The notes under the pieces were generated by a model. That model made no database searches. It had not been told where the DNA came from and worked only from the letters and a program-made list of their open reading frames with translations. A stretch of 46,202 bases of DNA from a phage: NCBI GenBank assembly GCA_025043315.1, contig GCA_025043315.1_4324.1; one strand, written 5' to 3'. The translations under genes were made by a program, and so were the position numbers. Shown piece after piece: positions 8,582 to 16,054 of this stretch; position 1 is the stretch's first letter, and each line of letters opens with the position of its first letter.

Positions 8582-8754
8582 TGCTTAAGCCATCAGATCT
8601 TGATGCCTGCGACATGAAGGTTATAGCTTCAATGATACATAGCGGCGTGAGGTTCAATGCTAGCGCGATCAACATGAACGGCAAAACTGAGCGTGACTTG
8701 GAAAGCAGTTTCGAAATCACAATGAAAGCAATCAAGAAGGCAATGAAGAAATGA
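8578..8754 (+). CDS. hypothetical small protein (58 aa, MMLKPSDLDACDMKV...)
   Basis: ATG with GAGGTGAA SD; overlapping stop/start with both neighbours. Confidence 0.4.
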   Translation: MMLKPSDLDACDMKVIASMIHSGVRFNASAINMNGKTERDLESSFEITMKAIKKAMKK

Positions 8755-8939
8755 AAATTAAATTAATCAGCTTTGCAACAAAGCACGGAAAATATGAGAA
8801 AGATTTCTACGAGGTGGAGATCGGAGGAGTTTACGAAGTTATTTACCAGTATGAGTCGGGCGAGGTTAGCATCAAGACTCCTGCCGGAAGGGAGCTCCCA
8901 TTGTTTACATCCGAGTTCGAATACATTATCGAGGCGTAA
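8751..8939 (+). CDS. hypothetical protein
   Basis: 62 aa ORF, ATGA overlap with upstream gene. Confidence 0.5.
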   Translation: MKIKLISFATKHGKYEKDFYEVEIGGVYEVIYQYESGEVSIKTPAGRELPLFTSEFEYIIEA

Positions 8940-8942
8940 AAG

Positions 8943-9104
8943 ATGCTACTACCATCTGAGATAAATTATTACGATCTTGACACCGTCGCAGCTTACAGCG
9001 GAAAGGTCTGGCCTTGCGGTGACTGGTTTCGCGAGGACTTGCTAGAAAGCCATGAAATTATGCTCAAGGCGATAGAGAAGGCAAGAAGTAGCACTAATTG
9101 CTAA
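8943..9104 (+). CDS. hypothetical small protein (53 aa)
   Basis: ORF whose TAA lies inside the palindrome at 9089-9103. Confidence 0.4.
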   Translation: MLLPSEINYYDLDTVAAYSGKVWPCGDWFREDLLESHEIMLKAIEKARSSTNC

Positions 9105-9131
9105 AGTCCTTCGGGGCTTTTCATGTATATT
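9089..9131 (+). promoter_or_regulatory. palindromic promoter module (TAGCACTAATTGCTA 9089-9103; TATATT 9126-9131)
   Basis: 22-bp spacer; leader CTCATCGAAACGAAACAACGAAGGG. Confidence 0.6.
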
Positions 9132-9167
9132 AATCTCATCGAAACGAAACAACGAAGGGTAAAAGAA

Positions 9168-9521
9168 ATGACTACTACGATTACCAAAAACTGGATCAGC
9201 AACGAAAATGTACTCTATAAAGCTCGCGTTAAAGATGGTGTAGAACAAATCAAGAAAGATGGAAAATGGATTAACCTTGAAGAGCGCGGCAAGTACATCA
9301 AGACAAAGACCATTTACTGCACAAAGGTTAACCATCGCTCATCCATTCGTAAATACTTTACTGAAGGGGAGAGATATCAAGTAGATCTCCATGCTGGACT
9401 TGGGCAGCGCGCTGGATACATTTACGATAAGGAGGGCAGCGCATGGCAGCTATATCGTGACGAAGATGTTGGCTTTGTTACAGTTTGTGGAGACTATCGC
9501 TTTGAGGCTCAATACAAATGA
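9168..9521 (+). CDS. hypothetical protein (MTTTITKNWIS...)
   Basis: track ORF 9123..9521 trimmed to ATG after SD AAGGGTAAAAGAA, because the upstream part is promoter/leader. Confidence 0.55.
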   Translation: MTTTITKNWISNENVLYKARVKDGVEQIKKDGKWINLEERGKYIKTKTIYCTKVNHRSSIRKYFTEGERYQVDLHAGLGQRAGYIYDKEGSAWQLYRDEDVGFVTVCGDYRFEAQYK

Positions 9522-9634
9522 TTGATTTACTTGGTGGTGGGTACTTTATTATCTTGATCGTAGTTGAGATTCTTAAGATTGCATTATATGGAGCTGGATT
9601 GTGGATGTGTCTAAAGTGGATTAAGAACAACTAA
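9518..9634 (+). CDS. small hydrophobic protein (38 aa, MIDLLGGGYFIILIVVEILKIALYGAGLWMCLKWIKNN), one predicted TM helix
   Basis: ATG overlaps upstream stop (ATGA); below track cut-off. Confidence 0.35.
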   Translation: MIDLLGGGYFIILIVVEILKIALYGAGLWMCLKWIKNN

Positions 9635-9677
9635 TAGCACAAATTGATAATGAATTATAAGCGGTCGTTGATATAAT
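9635..9677 (+). promoter_or_regulatory. palindromic promoter module (TAGCACAAATTGATA 9635-9649; TATAAT 9672-9677)
   Basis: 22-bp spacer; leader GACCGCTCAGAAACAACACGGAGAG. Confidence 0.6.
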
Positions 9678-9707
9678 GACCGCTCAGAAACAACACGGAG
9701 AGAAGTA

Positions 9708-11291
9708 ATGTTTGATTTCAACGAAGATAAGCTATCTGTTGAACAGGTTATGGCAATTGCTGCCGCAGACAACCTCCCACCCCTGCGCGTGGCTATCAAT
9801 GCTAATGGATATCGCCAGTCTCAATCATTCTGGAAGGCTCCGGTCGAGATTGATGCAGCTAATGATAAGTATCCTGTAATCTCACTAGGAAATGATATTG
9901 ATGTTGTTGGCAAGCTGTCAGCCAATATTGCTCGCTCAGTTCAGTTTCCGGAGTCTTCAGCTTATATGCACTTCCTGGGGTGTATTTCCGCTGCAATGCT
10001 GGGTCGATTTACTGTTGAGTATCATGGAACTCAGCAGCCGACTTCGCTGTACGTCGTAACGAGTCAGCCACCATCGACCGGTAAATCAGCAATTAACTCA
10101 CTCTCCATTGCTCCAATGATCGCCGAGACTGAGCGACTGAACGAGGTGCGCAAGCGTGAGCGCAAAAAGATTATGGCCAAGCTATCCGCATTATCCAAAG
10201 AGATGAAACAGGAGAAATCTCCGTCAGAGATGGCTTCACTTTTTGAAGAGAAAGAGGAGTTAGAGGAAAAACTCGAGAAACTTTGTGATATCGTATTCCC
10301 GGTATCAGATACCACACCTGAAGGTCTTGCGCGAATAAACAACCGCCAGGGCAACTTTGCGGTAATTTCTGACGAAGCGACGAGTGTTAACTCACTGCTT
10401 GGCATGACCTATGGAGATGGCTCTAAGAAAACGAACAGCGAACTTGTGCTTAAAGCATGGGATGCTGGTAACGTATCTATCGCGCGTGCGAACGCAGAGA
10501 ACAACATGAGCTTCGTTGCTATGGGTTGCATATCGGTAATTGCGCAGGATGAAACAATCAATGCCATCATGAACGCTGGGGCGCGTGGCATTGGCGTATC
10601 GGAACGTTTCCTTTTGGTCCGCGAGAAGTCATTCCTGGGCGAACGTGTATTCGTTGATGAGAATGGAGACTCAACTTACGAGCCAATTGATGATGGACTA
10701 AAGGCTGATTACTTCCGCTTAGTTCATGAGATAATGAGTGAGCAAGATGTTAAGCTGACAGTAAGCAACTCAGCGATGAAATATCTCAACCGTGCTCGTC
10801 AGGAGATGGAACCTCACCTTGCTGACGGCGGAAAGTATTCGCACACAATGTTGCGCGGCGCTCTTGGTAAGTTCGATAAGCAGGCTATCAGGATTGCAGC
10901 CGTTCTTCACACAGTTCGTAACTGGTTCAACCCAAATGGCGGTAGTCCGCAAAAGTCCAGAGAGATTGATCTCGACACCATGCAAGAGGCTGTAATTATG
11001 TTCCATGAACTGAGTAAGACTTATCTGTCATCTGCAAACGCTGCTGGGCATGCTGGCGACAATGCAGAGATGAATAAGCTGATTGATATTCTGATTAAGC
11101 AAGGTAAGAGCGGTAAAGGTGTTGTTGGTATTCGTTCCCTGTACGAAGCTGCTCGCAAGGTTAAGCCATTCGAGGCTCAGGCGGGAGTGATGACGAAGAT
11201 TAAAGATCACTTGCTGCCAATGCTTGATGAGAAAAACTACACGTGCCTGATTGGTGATAAAGTTTACATTAATCCACGACTATTGGGGTGA
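9708..11291 (+). CDS. P-loop NTPase replication protein (primase/helicase-associated), C-terminal domain duplicated at 6122..6499
   Basis: Walker A-like SQPPSTGKSA and Walker B-like FAVISDE; 527 aa. Confidence 0.6.
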   Translation: MFDFNEDKLSVEQVMAIAAADNLPPLRVAINANGYRQSQSFWKAPVEIDAANDKYPVISLGNDIDVVGKLSANIARSVQFPESSAYMHFLGCISAAMLGRFTVEYHGTQQPTSLYVVTSQPPSTGKSAINSLSIAPMIAETERLNEVRKRERKKIMAKLSALSKEMKQEKSPSEMASLFEEKEELEEKLEKLCDIVFPVSDTTPEGLARINNRQGNFAVISDEATSVNSLLGMTYGDGSKKTNSELVLKAWDAGNVSIARANAENNMSFVAMGCISVIAQDETINAIMNAGARGIGVSERFLLVREKSFLGERVFVDENGDSTYEPIDDGLKADYFRLVHEIMSEQDVKLTVSNSAMKYLNRARQEMEPHLADGGKYSHTMLRGALGKFDKQAIRIAAVLHTVRNWFNPNGGSPQKSREIDLDTMQEAVIMFHELSKTYLSSANAAGHAGDNAEMNKLIDILIKQGKSGKGVVGIRSLYEAARKVKPFEAQAGVMTKIKDHLLPMLDEKNYTCLIGDKVYINPRLLG

Positions 11292-11294
11292 TGA

Positions 11295-11630
11295 GTGTTT
11301 ATTTTGGATTTGTACCGCTTCTGCGAGTCGTATTCATACTTCACGCGCCAGCATTTGGCGCGATTCATCTACCAACATAAGGACTCTCAGAGATTCAGTA
11401 AGGCGGCAGGATTATCGCATAGGGAGTTTTGCAGTGCGGCTTCAAAGGAGTTCTGCGCGAAGATGCTTAGTGCTGGTTACATTGATGGTAAGTGCGGCGA
11501 GTTTGTTAGCAAGGGTAGTTTGAAAAGGCCATTTGGCTTCAACTTTGAGGCACTTAGTGGGTATGAGAGCAAGTACATAAAAGAGATGATGAACATAGGA
11601 AAAATGACGGACGACGAGTTATTTAGATAA
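11295..11630 (+). CDS. hypothetical protein
   Basis: 111 aa ORF ending at the convergent terminator. Confidence 0.45.
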   Translation: MFILDLYRFCESYSYFTRQHLARFIYQHKDSQRFSKAAGLSHREFCSAASKEFCAKMLSAGYIDGKCGEFVSKGSLKRPFGFNFEALSGYESKYIKEMMNIGKMTDDELFR

Positions 11631-11660
11631 AAATATAGCCTCCATTAGGAGGCTTTTTTA
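11629..11660 (+). terminator. rho-independent terminator at convergent junction (AGCCTCC-ATTA-GGAGGCT plus T6)
   Basis: 7-bp perfect stem 11637-11654, T-tract 11655-11660. Confidence 0.7.
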
Positions 11661-12034
11661 CGTCTTAAGATTAAGGTCAGGAGAATCAGAACAAGCAACC
11701 CCATAGCTCCTGTTCCAACCCACGGAAGCGCTGATGATTCGTTATTGGTAATTTCAATCTTTTCGGCAGTGATTGTTGAGGCCTTAATCGAATTGTCAGC
11801 AGTCTTTTTTCCGCTCGAGCTATCCAGAGAGCCTACGCTAGAATCCTTAACGGAAGCGTCGCTGGAGCTGCTGGAATCAACCTTATTCGTTAACCCAACG
11901 CCAATCTTGTTGTTCTCAGCCCCGGCCTGAGCTGTAACTTCCGGCTTGCTTCCAATCAATCCAGTCAGTGCATCAGTTGCCGAACATCCAGATAAAGCCA
12001 CGCACATAACTAACGCTGCAATCCGCTTAAGCAT
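11645..12034 (-). CDS. unimolecular spanin (lipoprotein signal plus C-terminal TM)
   Basis: N-terminal MLKRIAALVMCVALSGC with lipobox LSGC; C-terminal hydrophobic helix then RRKKAS; last gene of lysis cassette. Confidence 0.65.
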   Translation of the reverse strand: MLKRIAALVMCVALSGCSATDALTGLIGSKPEVTAQAGAENNKIGVGLTNKVDSSSSSDASVKDSSVGSLDSSSGKKTADNSIKASTITAEKIEITNNESSALPWVGTGAMGLLVLILLTLILRRKKAS

Positions 12035-12495
12035 AACTTAATCTCCTCGTTCCTGCGATTCACCAACCCCTTAACGACAACCTTTTTGCCATTAACGGTA
12101 GCTTTATTCCAGAGGCCCAAAGCCTTGCAACCTTGCTCAATCTTACCCTGGTTAATTAACTTAACGGCAGTGGATTTCCTCATCGCTGAGCCGCCAACGT
12201 TATAGCTAAAGCTAATTAACGCCGCTCTTGTCTGCTGTGAAATTGGGTAAGTCACAGCATCCTGAACATGCTTACCATGAATCTGAATGTGCTTCTCAAG
12301 CAGGTTCCGGCACTCCCTGTTGCTGTAAGTCTTACCCCAAACTACGTCAGGACCAGTAATACCAGAACAAACCGTTGGGATTCCGGCAATGTCCATGTAT
12401 GGCTTGTTCTCCACACCCTCAACAAGCTCAATAAGCGGCGCTGCGATGTATATTGCCGCAGCTGTCGCAGCACCAACTACCAGCTTCTGCTTCAT
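12010..12495 (-). CDS. SAR endolysin (T4-lysozyme-like fold)
   Basis: N-terminal Gly/Ala-rich signal-anchor LVVGAATAAAIYIAAPL; catalytic triad pattern E-x8-D-x5-T in VEGVENKPYMDIAGIPT; AAGGAG SD. Confidence 0.8.
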   Translation of the reverse strand: MKQKLVVGAATAAAIYIAAPLIELVEGVENKPYMDIAGIPTVCSGITGPDVVWGKTYSNRECRNLLEKHIQIHGKHVQDAVTYPISQQTRAALISFSYNVGGSAMRKSTAVKLINQGKIEQGCKALGLWNKATVNGKKVVVKGLVNRRNEEIKLCLSGLQR

Positions 12496-12711
12496 TTACT
12501 TACTCCTTATTTTGATTGCTGTTTTAAGGTCTCCAGATTCAAGTGCGCGCCGAATAGCCTGGCTATCCTTATACTTCCAGTAAGCACCCCAAGCTCCAAA
12601 AATGATTAGAGCGATAAGACTGATTATTGCTATAGTCATTTGACCAGTTGCCGCGCCGGTTACCGCAGCGCCTCCAGTTGATGCCGTAGCGGCGTTAATT
12701 ACTTCCCTCAC
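12496..12711 (-). CDS. putative holin/pinholin (71 aa from GTG; track gives 97 aa from ATG at 12789)
   Basis: TM segment MTIAIISLIALIIFGAWGAYW and charged C-terminus; directly abuts endolysin; GTG at 12709-12711 has AAGGTGG SD, while ATG at 12789 abuts a terminator T-tract with no SD. Confidence 0.45.
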   Translation of the reverse strand: MREVINAATASTGGAAVTGAATGQMTIAIISLIALIIFGAWGAYWKYKDSQAIRRALESGDLKTAIKIRSK

Positions 12712-12789
12712 GCGATCCACCTTTATGTATTTGTCAATGTTTAAGTTAGTAAAAGAATGATACATTAGCACCGCTCGGAAAAGAAGCAT

Positions 12790-12816
12790 AAAAAAGGGGA
12801 GCCAAAAGGCCCCCCG
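12790..12816 (-). terminator. terminator-like hairpin (GGGGGGCC/GGCTCCCC plus T-tract on minus strand)
   Basis: stem 12796-12815 with A-run 12790-12795 on plus strand. Confidence 0.5.
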
Positions 12817-12840
12817 CTTGTAAAGTTATGTTTTTTCTGC

Positions 12841-13017
12841 GCTAGTCAGCGATAATAAATTCAACTAACGAACCATCAATCGGCGCTAAAATGTGAGTCA
12901 TGTCATCGCCGTAAATCTTGTAATATCCATCACCCTGGTACTCTGCATTGTACGGCTGGTTAACTGTAAATGGCAGCGTCTTGGATTTGTTCTTGGTGCA
13001 ATAAATCATTTTAGTCA
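12841..13017 (-). CDS. hypothetical small protein (58 aa)
   Basis: ATG with GAGGAAACACAAA SD; promoter module upstream. Confidence 0.4.
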
Positions 13018-13058
13018 TTTTGTGTTTCCTCGTTTAGTTCATCTCGTTTCGATGTGGT

Positions 13059-13102
13059 GATTATGCCGCATTTCTACGGCATGGGTTAGGCAAAGAGTGC
13101 TA
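13059..13102 (-). promoter_or_regulatory. palindromic promoter module, degenerate (TAGGCAAAGAGTGCTA 13087-13102; ATAATC 13059-13064)
   Basis: 22-bp spacer; leader CACCACATCGAAACGAGATG. Confidence 0.45.
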
Positions 13103-14233
13103 TTAACTAAACATTTCGGGACGGCAAGTGAATCGGCCAATCTCACCAAACTTAGGGCTATAGATTATCACTGAAGCCTGTCGGTATGATCGATACCCTC
13201 CATTGGCGCTGTACGCATCCTTACAACCAAGTTGTCCATGAGACTCATCAATGCCTAAGTTACCCTCTGTAATCGTTTGATGGTGGTAATGGCCCGAGTG
13301 AGTGTAAACATACTCAGATTCACCAAAGGCCTTGCGATGATCGCGAGCCAGGGTGGACAGTCGAGTGTCAGGTTTTTTGAGTTCATGTCCATGACAGTAA
13401 CCAAGCAGGGTCTTTCCAAACTGTGTTACGTGAAGCGCCGCAGGAGATGCATCAACATTAACTCGAGGCTCATCCATATAGAACGCCGCCATTGCAGCGC
13501 GAAGCCAAATCATACCTGAGAGGTCGTGGTTGCCAGGGATAATCTGCACCTCAACCTCGGCGTGCTTATCAAGCATCCGACTAATTGCTCGGCGGGTAGC
13601 TCGCACCGCTACGTAAACAAGCTTGTGATAACGGCTATCTTGATCAAGAATATGACGACTCGTTGGAGTTACCGCTTCCATTCCGTCAGAGTGAAGGAAG
13701 TCTCCACCAATCAGCAATACAGCTTTCTTTGAGTTAGGGGCTTTTGCTACCGCGTAATCAAAGTAATCATTAAGGATTCTCTCAGCAATTTCAGTACTGT
13801 AGTTCTCACCACATTCAGCGTGGTGAGCCATGGCGCCAATGTGAAGGTCGAACACTGGGTAAAGGCTCAATGTGTCCTCAAATAATGATACTCTGAGCGC
13901 CTTAGGTTTCTCACGTGGCAACTCATCAGTTAGGGCTTGAATTACCTGAAGCATCATTTCTTCTTGCTTCTCTTTGTCAATGTCAGACTTAACCCACTGT
14001 TGCTTAATCTCACCATCCGCACCAATAAGGCTAGAAACACCCTTAACAGCGTAACCCTGCGGAATCAGATTGCTAACATCACGACCGTGACCTTCACCCA
14101 TCTTAGCCAATTTACTGCGACGCAATTCAACGTTGCGAATGTTCATTCCGTACTTCTCTGCGATTGCTTTGTTAGTCATGCCGTTAGCGAGCTCTTCGCG
14201 CAATTGTTCGTTGGTAATTTTTGCAGTTGCCAT
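13103..14233 (-). CDS. metallophosphoesterase (calcineurin-like) with N-terminal HTH-like segment
   Basis: motifs DLHIG, GGDFLHSD, GNHD, GHELKK; N-terminal GMTNKAIAEKYGMNIRNVELRRSKL. Confidence 0.65.
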   Translation of the reverse strand: MATAKITNEQLREELANGMTNKAIAEKYGMNIRNVELRRSKLAKMGEGHGRDVSNLIPQGYAVKGVSSLIGADGEIKQQWVKSDIDKEKQEEMMLQVIQALTDELPREKPKALRVSLFEDTLSLYPVFDLHIGAMAHHAECGENYSTEIAERILNDYFDYAVAKAPNSKKAVLLIGGDFLHSDGMEAVTPTSRHILDQDSRYHKLVYVAVRATRRAISRMLDKHAEVEVQIIPGNHDLSGMIWLRAAMAAFYMDEPRVNVDASPAALHVTQFGKTLLGYCHGHELKKPDTRLSTLARDHRKAFGESEYVYTHSGHYHHQTITEGNLGIDESHGQLGCKDAYSANGGYRSYRQASVIIYSPKFGEIGRFTCRPEMFS

Positions 14234-14291
14234 TTATAAGTTCCTTAATTCATTACGATAAAGTATAAGATAGTAAAGCTAAACAGTGGGA

Positions 14292-14310
14292 CTAATGCTA
14301 CTAGCATTAG
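14292..14310. promoter_or_regulatory. perfect inverted repeat TAATGCTA-C-TAGCATTA
   Basis: 8-bp arms in the intergenic gap upstream of the phosphoesterase gene; arms are the promoter palindrome half-sites in swapped order. Confidence 0.35.
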
Positions 14311-14315
14311 TATCT

Positions 14316-14567
14316 TCATTCAACTTCTTTCAACCAGTAGTCAATCAAATCAGCACTGATTGTTAACTTATGGCCAAGGTCAGTCATGCAAAGGTTCCCG
14401 CATGCTGGGGAGTAGTAAATCTGAACCCACTTTCCGTCTTTAGTTTTTGCGTTCACATCCACATAATCAGGAGGGAACCAGTCAGCAATAGGTATGGCTC
14501 TAAACTTCGCACCACTTTGCCCATGCACTAAATCGTAATGCTCTGGCTGAAAATCTAAACCCAACAT
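14316..14567 (-). CDS. hypothetical protein
   Basis: 83 aa ORF. Confidence 0.45.
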   Translation of the reverse strand: MLGLDFQPEHYDLVHGQSGAKFRAIPIADWFPPDYVDVNAKTKDGKWVQIYYSPACGNLCMTDLGHKLTISADLIDYWLKEVE

Positions 14568-14569
14568 AC

Positions 14570-14818
14570 TTAATCCTTAGACTTTGTTATCTTAAACTTG
14601 AATCCCTCAGATTTAAGGAACTCATTAACATCAATTCTTACGCCTGGCTTAACTCTTACGTATTTTCTTGGGCGCTCATCCATGTAAGAGAATTTTCCAT
14701 TGAACACGACACTAATATCTTTTATATCAAAGAAGCGGGATATCTGCTTAATGTCATCCTGTAACCCCGCCTCACCACAATGCGCCCAAACTGCGGCGCG
14801 TCCAGTTTCAACTATCAT
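14570..14818 (-). CDS. hypothetical protein
   Basis: 82 aa ORF. Confidence 0.45.
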   Translation of the reverse strand: MIVETGRAAVWAHCGEAGLQDDIKQISRFFDIKDISVVFNGKFSYMDERPRKYVRVKPGVRIDVNEFLKSEGFKFKITKSKD

Positions 14819-14940
14819 AAGTCGTAAGCCATTTTCAGGTATTCTTTAGCACACACCCAGCAATGTTCTGAGCCGGTTTTAACTGCTTCATTTGCATAGG
14901 TCTGTGCAATCTCGAACATCTCTTTGTCTACAATTTTCAT
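14815..14940 (-). CDS. hypothetical small protein (41 aa, MKIVDKEMFEIAQTYANEAVK...)
   Basis: ATG at 14938-14940, overlapping neighbours; below track cut-off. Confidence 0.3.
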   Translation of the reverse strand: MKIVDKEMFEIAQTYANEAVKTGSEHCWVCAKEYLKMAYDL

Positions 14941-15155
14941 CTCACAATCTCCACATCCAATTTTGAAACACTAACAACAATACCCGCATCGTTTTTAACG
15001 ATGTATCTATCTGAGTCTGCGGAAATTTCAAGAACAAAATAGCTATTCCCGCGCTTTAGAAGGTACTCATCAATATCCATCCGTGGGGTGTTGTTTCTTG
15101 GCTTAAACGTAACAACGAACGGTCTATTATTAATCATAAAAAATCCTCCGGGCAA
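14937..15155 (-). CDS. hypothetical protein
   Basis: 72 aa ORF. Confidence 0.45.
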   Translation of the reverse strand: MPGGFFMINNRPFVVTFKPRNNTPRMDIDEYLLKRGNSYFVLEISADSDRYIVKNDAGIVVSVSKLDVEIVR

Positions 15156-15355
15156 TCTTTTTTCATTTCTGCAATGTCTGTAACCATACGGTCACGCCAT
15201 GTCTCGATATCAGTGCTCAGGTAGTCTTCTTCAAAGCTATAATCAAGGCAGTCAGCTAAAAACCATTTGTCTCCCTTGTATCCTGACTTATGCAGTTCCT
15301 GTACAGCTATAGCTTTGAAATAATCCCACTGGTCTTCAAACTTAAAAATTGCCAT
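15134..15355 (-). CDS. hypothetical acidic protein
   Basis: 73 aa, rich in D/E. Confidence 0.45.
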   Translation of the reverse strand: MAIFKFEDQWDYFKAIAVQELHKSGYKGDKWFLADCLDYSFEEDYLSTDIETWRDRMVTDIAEMKKDCPEDFL

Positions 15356-15606
15356 TATTCTAATACCTCGTCAAATTTTTCGCCAAATTCGTTTTTAACA
15401 GTTTCTAAGTCATCTTTGTATGTCGGGCTAACTTCAAATGCGTAAGACTTATCATCAACATCAATCAGTATATATCCAACGCTTGTTGTTATTGCCAGTT
15501 CATACATATAACCAGTCTTGCGTGATTCGTAGAATTTTCCAGTGTAGATAGTAGCCATTTTGTTTCTCTCTCTGTGTTTCGTTTCGATGGAGTAACTATA
15601 CCCCAC
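15355..15606 (-). CDS. hypothetical acidic protein
   Basis: 83 aa ORF downstream of promoter module. Confidence 0.5.
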   Translation of the reverse strand: MGYSYSIETKHRERNKMATIYTGKFYESRKTGYMYELAITTSVGYILIDVDDKSYAFEVSPTYKDDLETVKNEFGEKFDEVLE

Positions 15607-15637
15607 CTTTTAAAATCGTCTTTAGCAATTAGTGCTA
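15595..15637 (-). promoter_or_regulatory. palindromic promoter module (TAGCAATTAGTGCTA 15623-15637; TATAGT 15595-15600)
   Basis: 22-bp spacer; leader TACTCCATCGAAACGAAACACAGAGAG. Confidence 0.6.
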
Positions 15638-16054
15638 TTTTGAAATCATTTCTTTGAATGCTGCAATAAAACCCTCGCGACCATAGGCCACAGCCGCGAA
15701 ACCTCCTGATTCTCTCACGCTTTTAAGGAAAGACTTCTGTTCGTTACTGACTGGACTAGCTTGTGTTTTTCCAGCTCTCTTTAGCTCTATGGCTCCAAAA
15801 GGGTACTTACCACGCAGAGATTCAGGTATCAGAAACAAGCAATCTGATACGCCCTTAAGCAATCCTTTAGCCTGGTCCTTTCTTGCCTGACCGATGCTCT
15901 TCATCGATTCATTAACCGTGTGCCAATAAACAATCTGCGGGTAGTTATACTTAACCCAATCAGAGCAAAAGATTTGTTCGTCATCCTCCTTTGGGCATGA
16001 TTTAACGGGGCCAGGGTAAAACTCAATGTAATCTTCTTTATCTGTTATGTTCAT
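15635..16054 (-). CDS. VRR-NUC domain nuclease
   Basis: PD-(D/E)XK-like GVSDCLFLIP...GAIELKRAGKTQASPVSNEQKSFL; adjacent to SF2 helicase. Confidence 0.65.
   Translation of the reverse strand: MNITDKEDYIEFYPGPVKSCPKEDDEQIFCSDWVKYNYPQIVYWHTVNESMKSIGQARKDQAKGLLKGVSDCLFLIPESLRGKYPFGAIELKRAGKTQASPVSNEQKSFLKSVRESGGFAAVAYGREGFIAAFKEMISK

Noticed and set aside
9708-11291. Alternate-frame track ORFs inside long genes (e.g. 10064..10405, 10409..10591, 35549..35776, 41232..41699, 43374..43658, 29228..29452)
   Set aside because: Fully nested antisense or out of frame within confidently called genes, with no SD and biased low-complexity translations.
12789-12789. Holin start at the first ATG (97 aa form)
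   Set aside because: Not fully rejected, but down-weighted: the ATG directly abuts a terminator T-tract with no SD, whereas the GTG at 12711 has AAGGTGG.
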